The notes below the pieces were generated by a model. It was not told the DNA's origin and did not search any database. It worked only from the letters and a program-made list of their open reading frames with translations. From Lingula anatina (Eukaryota > Animalia > Brachiopoda): a stretch of 64,000 bases of DNA. The position numbers and the translations under genes are program-made. The stretch lies in NCBI GenBank assembly GCA_051362555.1, contig CM120640.1, positions 49,888,788 to 49,952,787 of the forward strand, in the 5' to 3' direction. Positions within the stretch are counted from its first letter, which is position 1. Each line of letters starts with the position of its first letter. Shown one piece after another: positions 11,867 to 25,800 of this stretch.

Positions 11867-14800
11867 TCATTTTGGCAGGTTTCCACGCTTTTTGAGAACT
11901 AAAGCCTGGCGAATAAGACCAAAAGCTCTAATTCTATTTGTCTTTTGGCCCTGTTGGCCCTGATAAAAGTCGATCGCCTTGGCTGAGCTCCCTTGATTGT
12001 CCTCGGGGTCAGAGTAAGCGCCCCTATGCATTAATTCATCAACCACGTCACCCATGGTTCGCCTGCGACCCAGGGCATTGGAAGAATCTTGGAGGTCTTG
12101 TTGACGGCGAATGGCGTCTGCCTTTGTGGCCCATAGCTTCGCTGGACCTCCAAGCTGGCGTTTGTACTCTTTAGGAGCGCTTTCCTCTGCTTGTAGGGGC
12201 TCTGGCGAGTTAAGCTGTGACTCGCTCTCGATTTTGGCCATCTCTTCACAAAAACGTATCTCTGTAGAATCTCGCCTTTTATCTTGCTGCACATCCCTTT
12301 CTTTCATCTCTTTTCTCGCCTGAGCTAACCGTTTCTGTTCGTTTATGTACTTCAGTGTGTTCCTGACTTTCTTCCACTGAGACCGTGCGCTAGCTGCAAG
12401 TTTGGCAGATTCTCTCTCATCACGGCGGTGGTTGGACAGGAAGAGCTCGAACCGCTTTTCCAGCTGTAAATAAAAGAAATTTATTTTCAGATAGTTGCTT
12501 AGTCCTTACAGATACCACCATTTTGATTACTCTACAGCAATTTAAATCAGACACTGAACACTTGAATATAAACCCACTTTGTATCGATTGAAGGGACACT
12601 TAATAAAAAAATTAAAAAAAACACCAAATTTAATATATTCTAAATATATTTTCAATCAAATTCAACGAATACTCAGTAAATAAAATTAAAATATACCTCT
12701 GGAACAAAAAAGTTTTGATTCAATAAGTTGCGCTTTAACACAAAAATGTGGCCTAAGATACTACTGCTCTTCTGTTGGGCGCATTGCTATCAACCCAATA
12801 TATAGGATATTTCGTCACTATACTTACCAGTTGTGAAAGCAGCGTAGCTTTCTTCATTCTCAACTCGAACTGTTTAAAGTTATTCTCTCGTTGTATTTTC
12901 ACTTCCGGGTCCTCTTCTTTTTGAGATGCTTCAGAACTGATGCTGCTGCAGCTCATTTCAATTTCCTGCATTGTAATTTTAGACGTTCCAGGCTTAAGTT
13001 GTGGTGTTGCTATGTCAATGCCGCTGTCCGAATCTAGTAAATGAAAATATATTGTACTACTAGTAAACCGAAAGCATCACGACGAAAATTCTCTTCAAAC
13101 TGTTTTTCACAATATTTCAGTCAGCAATTAATTTTTCAAAGGTGAACTCGAAAATAAGGAAACAATCTAAATGTTGTTTTAAAAATCCATTTACTTTGAA
13201 TCGTGAAACATAAACTTATCTCTTTTTCATAAAATAAAGACGTATATATACCTTGAGTAGCTGGAATTTTCTTGTCATCTTTGTCCTTTTTATCCTTGTT
13301 TATCCCTGCAATCGACTTCCATATTGACATCACTCGATTCACCAGGTGATCATTCATCTCATAGTCAAAACCATCAATTGACTTACTGTTTTTCACCGCA
13401 TCCAAAGTGTCACACACAACGCTTATAAAGCAGTTCAGCATAATGAAATTTGACAGCAGATTATACGATAAAAAGGCCAGCTGCAGGAATATGGTATTTT
13501 CTTCGATGACATCCTCGTAGACCATTAGACCGAGCATCACTCCAAAGAGTGAATAGAAACTGTACAGGAAGTCCCGGAATGATTCAAATGATCTACCACA
13601 CACAATGTAGAACGCCATACAATAAGCGCCTACAATGATGACAAAGAACAGGCCGTAGACCGAGAGTGTGTTTTTCAGACTGCCGAGGGAACTTCTAAGC
13701 ATGGCCAGATGCCAGTTGAAGGAGAGAGGACGAAACATCTGCATCCACGCTATGAACAGAAGCACGCCCATAGTAATGGCAAACCCGTCGTCAACCAGTG
13801 CAACGTCGTCAAAACTTACAAATGCACCTAAATTGAGAAGATGAATATATACAGTATATATAAAGTAGTCCAATATATCATTTTTTTTTCAACTGTAGAA
13901 TTTAGAGATAATCAGTGCCTTGATAATGTGCATATTTCAGCATTTTTTCATCAAATTCATTCGCTACTTGAGATGGAGATATTCATTCTTAAGTCATTAT
14001 CCTACCTGGGTTATTCTTAACGTCTTCCACTGCCTGAATGATGTAAGCAATCCGTACTCCATACAGCACCATGCCGATGTAGCCTAAAAGGACCATAGCC
14101 AAGTCTGCGACGTTCCACAAACTCTGAAAGTAGGTACACTTCTGTCGCACCATCTGCCGTACTTGCACGACCGTCAAGTATATCAGTAATGCTGCCCACA
14201 CTAACTGTACCAGGAGCAGGACAAAGTCCATGGCGTCAACATAGGGGTACGGTCTGAAACTGATTTCAGCGGTTGTCGCATAGATACCACCTGTCGCTGG
14301 GAACTCGAAGATGATCTTAATCTGGCTGAAGACGTTGGTATTTGCATTATTGATGGTATATTCCACAAACACTGCTCTGGTGTACCGATCTATCCAGTTC
14401 TGGGACTTCAGTACATCCACCATGGTGCTGGCGCTTGTGCCCGCGTGGAATTCCACCACATATCCCCCTGGTTTGTACGTCTGAAAATGGCCGCTGTGAG
14501 AATGTTCGTGCATCACTGCGCCGTGGTATGTGAACGCAGGGGTGGTGTTGTCATATGGAGATACCAGAGAGGGGAGCTCCCAAGCTAAAAGGAGAGAAAA
14601 CCAATGAAATAGATTTTTTGTTAAATTAAAGAAATAAGTGTATAATTAATTGCATCTAATATAGATCAAATGCATACTAGACACGACTACTAAATTATTT
14701 TCAAAATTTGGCGAAGAAAAAAGCTACACCAATTAAGTGAAATAGCTTGGGGTATTGTTCAGACTATCTAGTGGTGAAAAATAAAGAAGAAAATAAAAAC

Positions 14801-16805
14801 GAAAGAAAAAGAAAGAGTTTGCAAACCTGGATTGAAATTTCGGCTTTCCTCATCATTATCATTGTATGATACCTCGGCAGAATCGAATAAGCCCTTCATG
14901 AGCCGTGGCAATGTTCCAGCGTCTAAAATTAAAAACAAAAGATTGCAATCCGCATGTATTCACACTTAGAAACCTGTTGTCAATCGTTTCAAATTGTTCT
15001 TTTAATTTCTCATTAATTATCGTGCAATGAGCTTCGTTCCACGTCTTTATCAAGCAACACATATGATTTTACTTGAAGTACCTTGTCTGACTCTAGCTTG
15101 GCGCAGACGTACGGGCCCCATCCTCAAGCCGTCCATATCACTAATAAACTGCTGATCGTAGGAGGCAAGGGCATTGCCATTGTAGTCCGCCGATGGAAAA
15201 GCAGCAGGCAGAACCACCACTTTAATGTAGTCGTATACACTTTCCATTGAGACAGTCTAAGTGGTAGACAAAAATATTGTTATTGCACTTTAGATAACGC
15301 AGATAAGCTTAACATATATGTACATGAAGCTATAGAATACATTTAAAATGATTAATAAATTGAAATGTAGCTTACATATTTTCCACTGACGGAAATCTGT
15401 CCCTTCAGAGCGGAGTTCTGCAAGAAGAAGTTGGAGTCTCTGTTGGCAGAACAAATCCAAATGAGGAGTGCCAGGTTCAGTATGTATATCACGGTCTCCC
15501 GTACCTTGGCCGACAGCTGTTTGTCTCGTTCGTTTTCTAGCTTTCGTCTCTCCACATCCTCGTCTTCTTCCTCGAAGTCGGGCTCAGAATTAGGTATAAC
15601 AAGACCATCGGGAAAACGTACTGTAAATAAGAAACAACATTATTTTTTGCAAAGTTTTAATATATGTTCTAAAATGATATATTATTCCATTCAAAGACAA
15701 AAAGCTTACATCCCTATACGGTACTAATCCTACAAATACATTACATCATGTGATGATACAAGTTTCCCCGATGTTAACAGAAGTTTTGTCAAACACTTAA
15801 ACCTACCGTCCTGTGGAATTTTTTCTGGTGGTGCAACAAGAGAATCTAGGTCATCTTCCGACTCCTCGCCATCCATGTTTGGTATTCTCAAGATGCAGGA
15901 GAAGACAAAGGCCAGGAGGAGCAACTGGAATAAACCAAATCGTACCTTATACGACGTTGATCCACATTTGCGCGGGAAAACAACACGGTTAATTTGAATA
16001 CAAAATGCATACTGAGTATCATTTTCATGTATCAAAATGTTCACTACAACATACCTTGATTGGCTGAACCACAAAGACAGATTCCAAGAAGGCAAACAGC
16101 ATTGTTGCCAGCCATTCCAACGATTTCTCCCTTCCCCAGTCAAGACTGTACAAAAGTGTGAAGAATCCACCAGTAAATGTCATAATGAATAACAAAATGT
16201 AGCCAAAAACAATGGACCACCATGGGAGCTCGATTTTTCGTTTCTTTTTCTTCTTGACATTTTCATCATCTTCGACGTCTTCAGCGACCTCAATTTCTAC
16301 TTGTGATTTTTGGGAGATAATGTCTACTTTGTTGCTCGGAAGATGTTCTTGAAGTATCTTTTCCATTATCACCCCTTTTCTTTGGCGCGGTTTAGCTCGG
16401 CGGAAAATCTCCATTACTATCACTGTGGGAGGGACTACTATGCATGCTCCCATGAAACCAACAAACACCTGCTGGTACGTTATCTTGATGAATCCCAAAT
16501 CGATTCCGGAGTTACTGGCGCTGGGGTTGTTCTCGTCCGTTTTAAACCACATTGCGTTAGTGATCATAAACAGGAACAGCACAGCTAAACAGCAGGACAA
16601 TCTCTGGACGCGGCTAAAGCGACTGCGTGTTGGACGCTTAAAAACTGACAGCCAGATATGGTCGTCGAAAGCGTTTTTACGCGTGTGGTCATTAAACAGT
16701 GATTTGAAATCTTTCATGTCGCTTTCTTGTAGACCTTTAAGAAGGCGGTCTGTTCTACATTCCCCTCGGTCTTCTGCGATCCAGTTAGCGCACGCAAAGA
16801 AATAT
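11867..16805 (-). CDS. PKD1L C-terminal part: TM2-5, polycystin TOP domain, TRP-like channel domain and cytoplasmic tail (multiple exons)
   Basis: ORFs 16025-16717, 13989-14516, 13136-13873 and 11867-12307 carry PKD-channel motifs (YKPGGYVVEF, FESFRDFLYSFYSLFGVMLG). Confidence 0.9.
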
Positions 16806-19800
16806 CTGTGCCAAGAAAATGAAAAAAAAAATTAACATAAAATCTATGATTATAGAAAAATACGGTTATGTGCCAAAAATTGAGGTAGCACAACAACAAT
16901 AGATTTTTATAACATTAACTCCCAGACTATAAATTCCCACAAACACAGAACTTTTTATGTGATCTCATCTCTCACCTCTTTTTCTTTAAGACGTCAAAAA
17001 TGATCACTTTGGACAAGTACCACGCCGGATTCTTGCCAGAGTTATCATGCCATATCTGAATATGCTTCAGTCGACCAAGGTCTTTGTCGGTCTTCAGCAA
17101 AAAGTTAGATATGCTGCCTCTATCGAAGTTCTGAAGTGAAGAATTGGTGCAAACGTTTATCACTTTTAACTATGTTAAATATCTGAGCCAAACCTCCGTC
17201 ATTACATACACAAGTATGCGCGCCGTAATGTGATATCTATTTATCGCACTTTTAAAAACATTTTATATCATCCTATAGAGCTTACATTATTGGTAAAACT
17301 TTATAAGTAAATGCAGCATTAATTTCACAGAAAATTCAGTTGTTTACCTTCCTGCATCCGTCCATGACCACTCTGGGTTTAGTTTTACCTCGAGAGCCAT
17401 AAAAAACCACGAAGACATTGGCAGTGGTGCCAGCGTGCCTTCTCATTCCAGTGAAGACGCTCACACGATAGCAAAACGTGTCTGAGGACCTGTTATCAAT
17501 GAGTGGATAGTAATCCCACTAAAAATGACATTTTATCGGTTAATTTAGATTATTTTTAAACTATATATGTACATGTAGAATCAAAGCTGTACCATATCGG
17601 TACGTGTCATCCTGTATTAAACATAATCAAGACAACACCATCAAACAAATTACCTCGCGTATTCCCAATAAATACACTAGCTTAATTCATTAAAACCTCG
17701 TTGCTGCGAGTGTAGTTACGTTGTCGTAACGTTAAATAACGAAAGTTGAATAGAGAGGCAAAATTTTAAAAAGGTAAGCAAAATTCTTTCAGTTAATTTT
17801 CCTGATCATTTTAATTTATCTATTTTTAGCATTTTCATTGTATTCACATGTGTCTACTAGTGGACTTACCGACTGTCTGTCATGAAGGTCTGCTCTCCTG
17901 GCCCATATGACCAACAGCAAGTAGAGGCAGACGATGCTGCACAGGATGATAAGAACAATAGGGTTGTCCGCCAACAGGGTGTCAAAGTTGGCAAACACCC
18001 TATTAAAGTCAATTTTGTTTGGAGGGATAAACAGGCCCGCACAGAATGATCCGAAGAAATTGCTCTTAAAAACAACCTTGTCTTTAGAGGAATTTGGATC
18101 AACCTAGAATGTGAAAGTAGTATCTTAACATTATTAACCCCGTATGTTGAAATTATTCTAATCGTAGAAGAGAATCTTAACTGATGCACATTATTATATC
18201 ATTGTTAAACTTGCCTTTACCAGAAGTATTAAAGGGGTCTGTTTAAGCTATGCCATCAGTTTATATTTACATCAGGAAAATCAAGTATTTTTGTAAAGGT
18301 TCAGGTGACAACTCAACTTTACTTTACCTCTAAATTAGACGATGTCTTCCAAGAACTGGTGGCGTCATCCCAGACTCGTGCTTCCATGGAGACAGACTCC
18401 AGAGAATAACTGTCGTTACTGCCCACAGCAAGAAGCCTCCTACTTGAGGTTGAGCCGCCTGACGTTGTATCTAGGAAAGACATTTAATTTATCAAAGTCA
18501 GTGCTGAGGCAGATTTGGAGAGCGATTTCAAAAGATAGATCAGAAATGGACTAAGTTAAAAATTATTACATTTCGGTGGTGATCCATGACGGTTATATTA
18601 TTATTATTATAAAATATTTATAAATGAAAGCCATGATAAGGTAAATCAATATTGTAAAAAATATAAACCCTACAGAAGAATATTTTAAAAGTAATTTTGT
18701 GAAATGAGTATTAAAGATAACACAATTAAAGTGAAAATTTACCTTATCGATAAGTGCTTTACTTCCACAAAAACTTACCTTCAATTTTCGTAATAAGAAC
18801 GTAGAATTTTCCCGTAGTAGTTAGCTCTCTAGCAGGAATGAAGATGGAAAATACATTGTTTCTGAAAAATTCATTCACGTTCCAAGTTTTCCGAGATACT
18901 GTGATGTTGTCCCTCACTTCAAAATAAAAATCATTATCAGAATCTGTCGGATAGGCGTCCATCTTCCCAAGGTATTTATACAAAGCAGTTGGACTGGGTT
19001 TTCCAATATCAATTTTGAGGGCTGCGTGAGTAGAAGTAATGTCGTAGACATGGTAGGCGACTGTCTCAGCCGTGACGTTACTCGTGTCAATATCATCAGC
19101 CTGAATGGCGGCACCGACATTTGAGGTGTCGAGCTCTGCTTCCATGTCAGAGTCCAAAGAGAGGGAGGAGCCGTCTGCCAGGGACATGTCAATGGCGGTG
19201 ACTGGAGAGTTCACGTGTTCTGAACCGTTGCCAAATGTGTAGGGGTTCCGTTTGAAGGTAAGGACCTGCACAAAGCATATAAATAATATGATTAGGACTA
19301 AAAGAACTGACATTTTTCCCATGTTGTTTACATCTTTAATTTTAGATACGTTTTATAAAATTGCTGATTCGCCTCCTTAACTGACAGTTTTTAAACCAAT
19401 TAAAAATCATTCCGTTTATTCAGACACAATTCAGAAGAAGTCCTAAACAAACAGACTAACCTTCATATTTACGCTCTGTCCACCAGCCGAAGTAATAGGA
19501 GGCAATTTCAATGATACATCCCGCGTCTTAATAGCAGAGGTCTCCGCCTTGGGAGTGAACTTTTGCACGGCCATAGTGACTGTCGGCGAGGAAATCTCCA
19601 CAGGGGTGGCAGTCTCGTTCATCTTGGTGAAGAGGTTAGTTGCCACTTTACTGAACAGTGCCTCTGTCTTTTTGGCGACGTCCTTGGCCTGTAAAAATAA
19701 GCGTCCGATGCCGCTTCTAATACATTCTATTCAGACATAAATAAGTGCTACAGCAATTGTTCTGTATTTCAACCAAAACATCGTTGCAAAAAAAAAAAGT

Positions 19801-22800
19801 CCTTCTCATTTCACCTGCAAATGAGAATTTTTACGAATAGCCCTTTGAAAAGTTTTACCAACATGAGTCATCAAAGTAGCTTTAACGATTAGCTTACCAG
19901 TTGTTTTTCTGCCTCTGTCATTTGGTTAGCCGCCTGTTTGGTTGGTGCGGTAACGGCACTTGTTGCAGGCGCTGCAGCAGCAATGATATTTCCCACTGCC
20001 GCCGCTATGTCTGGAATAGATAATTGTTAAACAGAGACCAGTTTAATCGTAGTAAGTTTTCGTTATCCTTCCCTTATCTAAATATAGGAAATATATACGC
20101 ATGTTTCTTCTATACATCTTATGTGCTTAACTTTTTGAAGGCATGTTGTACATAGAGTATCAAGGATATCAAATACATTTTGAAAAAAAAAAATTGAATA
20201 GTGACTTACTTCCCGAGACGCTGACCAATTCTTCCACGCTGGCGGCCGAGCTACTGGTCAGCTGGTCCACTAACATATCGGACGCGGCCATCGTATTGAC
20301 CTTAAAGGAAAATAACAGTTTTAACGATTTATCCCCAGTCGGATTGTCTGCCTATTATATTTCTCCTACAATAGCGTGAAGTATTCCGTCTGTCACCATT
20401 TTACTGCCTTTTTGACACAGTACTCTACAACATTACAAGACATATCATTTTTGACATAAACTATATACTACTAAGCAAATCTATCCATCGCTTTGGTGAA
20501 AGCTACCGGGTAACATGTAGCAGCCTTCATGTTTTCTTGGTTAACAATTAACGACATATGGACTATAATGGACATAGTTAGGAAATAAATGATATATAGA
20601 AAGGCAAAGTCCTTACCATTGCGTCATTATCCAATTCTCCGGGGGTTTGAGTAACATCGCTTAGTACTCCAGCAAGGTTTTGAATATCACCAATAGATCC
20701 GGAGAAGTTGGCTGAAGTAATGGAGAGAACGGCGTTCACCACTTGCTTCCGCGCCTTTATTGAAACCAAAAATGAAATCATATAAAGATAAAATAATTAT
20801 AATAATAAAAAGATAAATGTTAAAAATCTAATAACTTTTAAGTAGCCCATTGCTGACCTATCCTGAAAACTTCACCAAAGTCCATACATACATATAATTT
20901 TTTAAGTTAGGCTGGTGACGAACGAACAGACACAGCTGAAAACAACTTCCTCGGAGGAGGTAAAAAAAAAATAGGGGAATATCATCAAGAATGTGGGGAT
21001 CACTTATTCTTCTATTCAACAATAGTTATGACATGTAATAAGATAATTATAATTAGAAAACGTTTAATCGACTATTACTCACCTGAATATTAGCGGCCCT
21101 GGCTTCGGCCTTTGTTGTATTGGCGCCTGTCGCGTTCTTATTCTACAATAAAAATTTGCAGAATAGGAAAGTTTAAGTAGGTCAGTTATGCATCAATTTC
21201 ATTACTAACGATGTGCATTTTAGGATTTTAAAATTAACAACACAAATGAATATTGATGAAAGACAATGTTTCACTTTGTTTTCAATTTCGGCAAATATAA
21301 AAGGAGTCGTGTTACACTGACTCTTTCTTCATACGGAATGTTCTTTGTCTTAAGTAACAAAAATAAGTAGTTATATAGGCACATCTGAATGCATAAAGCG
21401 CTGTGTTAACTGGTCAACTGATATTTTTCTATCTGTGCAAAACGGGATGAAATACACTGATCAAGCACAGCTAAACTTACCGAACTCATGAAGTTCAACG
21501 TGGTTACAAGATTGTTCATGACGGCCACGGCTTCGTCTGTGGTCAGATTTCCAGACGCTATGTCATTCAAACTATCAAGTCCATCGCTTATAGACACCAT
21601 AGTCGTAGTCTCTAAAATAGATAATCAAATTTTATTATTTCCATGCGTTATAGCGCTGTATCTTCGAAGTCGAGTCTCGAATCCCGCTGGTGGAAGCAGT
21701 GACTTAATTAGGTTGGGGACGGCAATGTTTCAACTGTGTTGAAGCAAGCGTTACTATAGGTTGGTGGTTTCTAAAAATTTTCATAAGTTTCCTAGGAATG
21801 AGTATATGATATATCAACCTCGGCAATATTGTTCAGTGTGGTATAATTGTTCCATTTCAATATTGTACGTTTCTAACCGAAAATTGAGGTTATCTTTTGC
21901 TGGTTATTGCATGATCTATACCTAGGATATGGCCGTTCAACTACTGCTATATTATACAGGCTGTGCTCATGTCACTTACTTACCTGGGAGATCAGTGGTT
22001 CCTAAATTATTTGTATCTTCTGCTTCTGTGGTCGTTTCTGAAATTAAATGAAATGGGACAAATCTCGAGGTTGTTTTCAATTTTCTACCCTCCTTACTTG
22101 ATTTTTTAAATAACATTTCTTGTGTGTAGGTATTTCAAGCAAACAGGTAAAATCAATAGTAGGAACGTACCCCCAGAAAGTTTTTCTGTCGTCGTCTCTG
22201 TTTTCTCAGATGTGGTTTCTGCTTTTTCAGATGTGATTTCTGCAACAGATAAAAAAATCAGTTTCCCTACATCGTCAACGCCTCATTAGTATTGTGCTAA
22301 ATAAATCAAGGAAAACAGTTCATTTTAAAATCAACACATGGATACATATACACTACATAGGCAAGAGAAGCATTGCTTGTAGATTGAACACAGATCGTTA
22401 TTGGTGTTACTGAAAGACGGTTTGAAAAATACCTTTTTCTTCTTCTGTGGTAGTAGGTGGTATGGGGGTGGTAGTAGTAGTGGTGGAGGTGGTGGTGGTG
22501 GTGGAAGTGGTAGTGGACGGGTTGTTTACAACTGTAGTCACGTTCCCATTGATGACGTATGTGATAAAACAATGTAACATAAAGCTATTTTCTTCAATCG
22601 TGGCATCCTCCGCAGTGAAATTGTCTGGCAAAACCAAAGTTATGTTGGACATTCCTAAAAAAGTCGTTGAAAATATCACCGAGCTGTTGGTTTCAATGTT
22701 AATGACGGAGTGTGAAATAGAGTTTGACTGAAACGTAACCTGCCCAGATGATACGATGTTTAGTGTTACATTGTACAATGATCCCGAGTCCAAGACGATG

Positions 22801-25800
22801 TCCTCCGTGGCTATAAGATTAATAACAGTAGGCAACTCAATGTAGCTGTTGTGGTGCAGAACTGCTTGCCGAAGGAATATAAGTCCACCACTCCACATTT
22901 CAACCAAGGAATTTACAATTTTGAAGTTATGAGCGTATATCGCGGAGGCAGACTGAAAAGATGCATTGCTTCTCTCAATTTTGAAGTATCCCACAAGAGC
23001 CAAATCTCCCGAGTAGCCTGGGCCGGTGGGTGCCGTGAAGTTTGCTGTTTCCCTGTCTAACGATGGGCGTATGGTTAAGCTTGCTCCAGCACCAGTTTTT
23101 CCTCCTATACGTTGAATATATAATTTATATTGATTAATATGACGGGATACAATCTTCCAATTGTTTACATGAAAAAATGGCTCTGATAAACCAGCTTTAC
23201 TGGAATCATCCTGGGATGTTTACTGGAATGTAACTTAAAATCTAGGAGCATTTTCGTTAAAAAAAAAACAATCTTTAATAATCTACTTGTCAATAAAATG
23301 TACGTCTGCAAGTCAGTGGCAGGTCTACAGTCTTCGTCTTGCAAAATTACAGTTTGTTATTATCTAATGCAAACATATCAGCAGGTAAGATAAAGTATGA
23401 CAAACACATTCTTGTCAACTGACCTTTACATGAAGGGATGTCACAAAAGCCCCATCCTGTCCCATTAATAGTGTAACACCAGGGTCCTTCGGGAGCGTTG
23501 TTTGGATTACGGCAGAAGTTCTGTGTCTGCCATAGGGTGGTATCTGGGAACATATCAGGATCTACAAACTGGTGCGAGTTTGGCGTCTGTTCATCCCACC
23601 GCTGACATGGAAGTCCTTCTCTGGTGTGGTTGATTGGACCCCGGTACTCGCTGCCATCCACATTTGGGCTGCAATCCACTCCAATGGGTACTAGATGAGT
23701 TATTTAAATATATAAGATATCATTTTATTTGAAATATTGATGGCAGTTCTTAACACTGCCAGAACTAATTCTGTGATATGATAAAAATTTTCGAGAATAA
23801 TATGTCAATTTTTTCATATATTTAAAGCTTCCAAAAACGGACCTTAAATTCAAGAAAAGAACAGTCCAAGCTGCTACTTTGATCATGATCATGGTAAACA
23901 AACAATAAAACAAAAATCAAACCCATGGCTTGAGGTTGTATAGGGATAAAGCAAATTACTCCTTCAATATCACTGGCACAAATCTGGGGAAACTATTGGC
24001 GACACCAGTGTCTCGTCTGTCTCAACCTAGCTACTTTACGACCATGACTAAAAATCCATACGCCTGTTACTTACCTTCTTCTCGAATGCATGTAAAATAT
24101 TGGGAGGAGTTACAATTCTCCAGGCTAGCATTGTACCCATTGCTTTCTGCGACTACAAAGCAACCGACTCTATCAAGGGCAGAGACATCCACACCGTAAA
24201 TAAACACATTGACATTACTCGATGTATCTGATGGAACGATGTCATAGGTACCATTCACTGAGACAACTGAAAGAAATTTGAAAAATTATCAACATACAAA
24301 ATTATGCTTTAATAACATTTTTCAGTTAAGCTGTGAATCTTAACAGCAATTGCCCATGATGCTGCACCAGATTAGGGTTAATTTTACTACACGCTTACTA
24401 CCTACATTGTGACATTGTTTTGAGTTATCGTTAAGCAGGCCAAAACACGTACACTGCTTATTTCAAATACACAAACTACAAAGATCTACATCTATTGTAA
24501 GAGATTTGCAGTACGACGAAACACGGAAAATGTTTCTCACTCGATTTCCATCCCGCCCACAGTGTCATATTTCCGTAGAAGTTTCTGAAGTATGTCCTTA
24601 GCCACTTTTGTTCTGTCTTGCTCAATGACAACAGAGAGGCGTAATTGTACAAACACGTGTTCACAGCGTCCTCATACGGCAGCTGCTGTTTGTAGGTGTC
24701 GTAACACAATCCATTATGGCATGTCGTGAAGGTCATCTGCTCTCCACCGTCAACTGTAATGGACACGTTTCTTTTAGAATGTGGAAAAGATTAAGGGAGA
24801 CTTTATAGTTTAAGCCTCGTTTTTCTGTTTTTAAACAGGCTTCTATAGTAGGGCTTTGTCAAACTTTTAAACCATAGAAATGCCGAAGTCTGATTGTACT
24901 GGCTTTACATCTAAACAAAAAAATTAGACAGCAAAACATCAGCAATAATTGCCCTTCTCTGATATTGACTGAAATATTAAAATGTACATGAATGTCATGA
25001 AAAGAGTAAACTATAATTATCTTCAGACCAGCCTGGATTTAAGTTAATAAAAATAAGAGGAAAAAAGTAATTCCAGCATTATAATATATAAAAGAACTTA
25101 TAACCATAATAAGATTAACATTTCATATATCAAATTCACACATTAATATTCTAGGTACGGGGAAAACCATTCTAAAGGAATATTTAAACCCGGTTTTCGG
25201 GAAAAAACTTACAAAGTGCTTTCCCTAGGTAACTGAAGGCATATTTTGTGACTTAACCAGAGGCATTGATATCTACCGGCGTCTGCTTCGGCGCTTTTGG
25301 AGATAACGTTTAGATATTGTCAATCTACTTTTGCACCAACTTACCCCAATATACACAGGTATAGTTTAGATCTTGCTCACAACTTTCCACGTTGAAGTGT
25401 CCATTTCTGAGAACAACACAGCCCTCCTCATTGAAGGTCACGAACGTCATAACATCATCATCCACCTTTACGCCCCAATTATCATAGTATAAGCTCAGGT
25501 TGTGAAACTCGTCGTAAGCTGAAATAATAATAGAACACCATACAGCAACAAAATCATGGGATTTAAAAATAAAACAAAGAAGTCACTACAATGGTATTTT
25601 AATCTATTTAAGTAATCTCTCGTGGCAATGATTCCAATTTACATGCAGTATAGTATGCTTACAGGTGTTCAATGACCCTAGAAAGAAGTAAGAAAAGTTA
25701 ATAACAACTGTACCTTACAAAGTTGATATCATCCTGTTCTCTACTTACATGCCACCAGTCCAGTCCACATTCCGTCCCAGCCATTGCGTTCCATGGCAGA

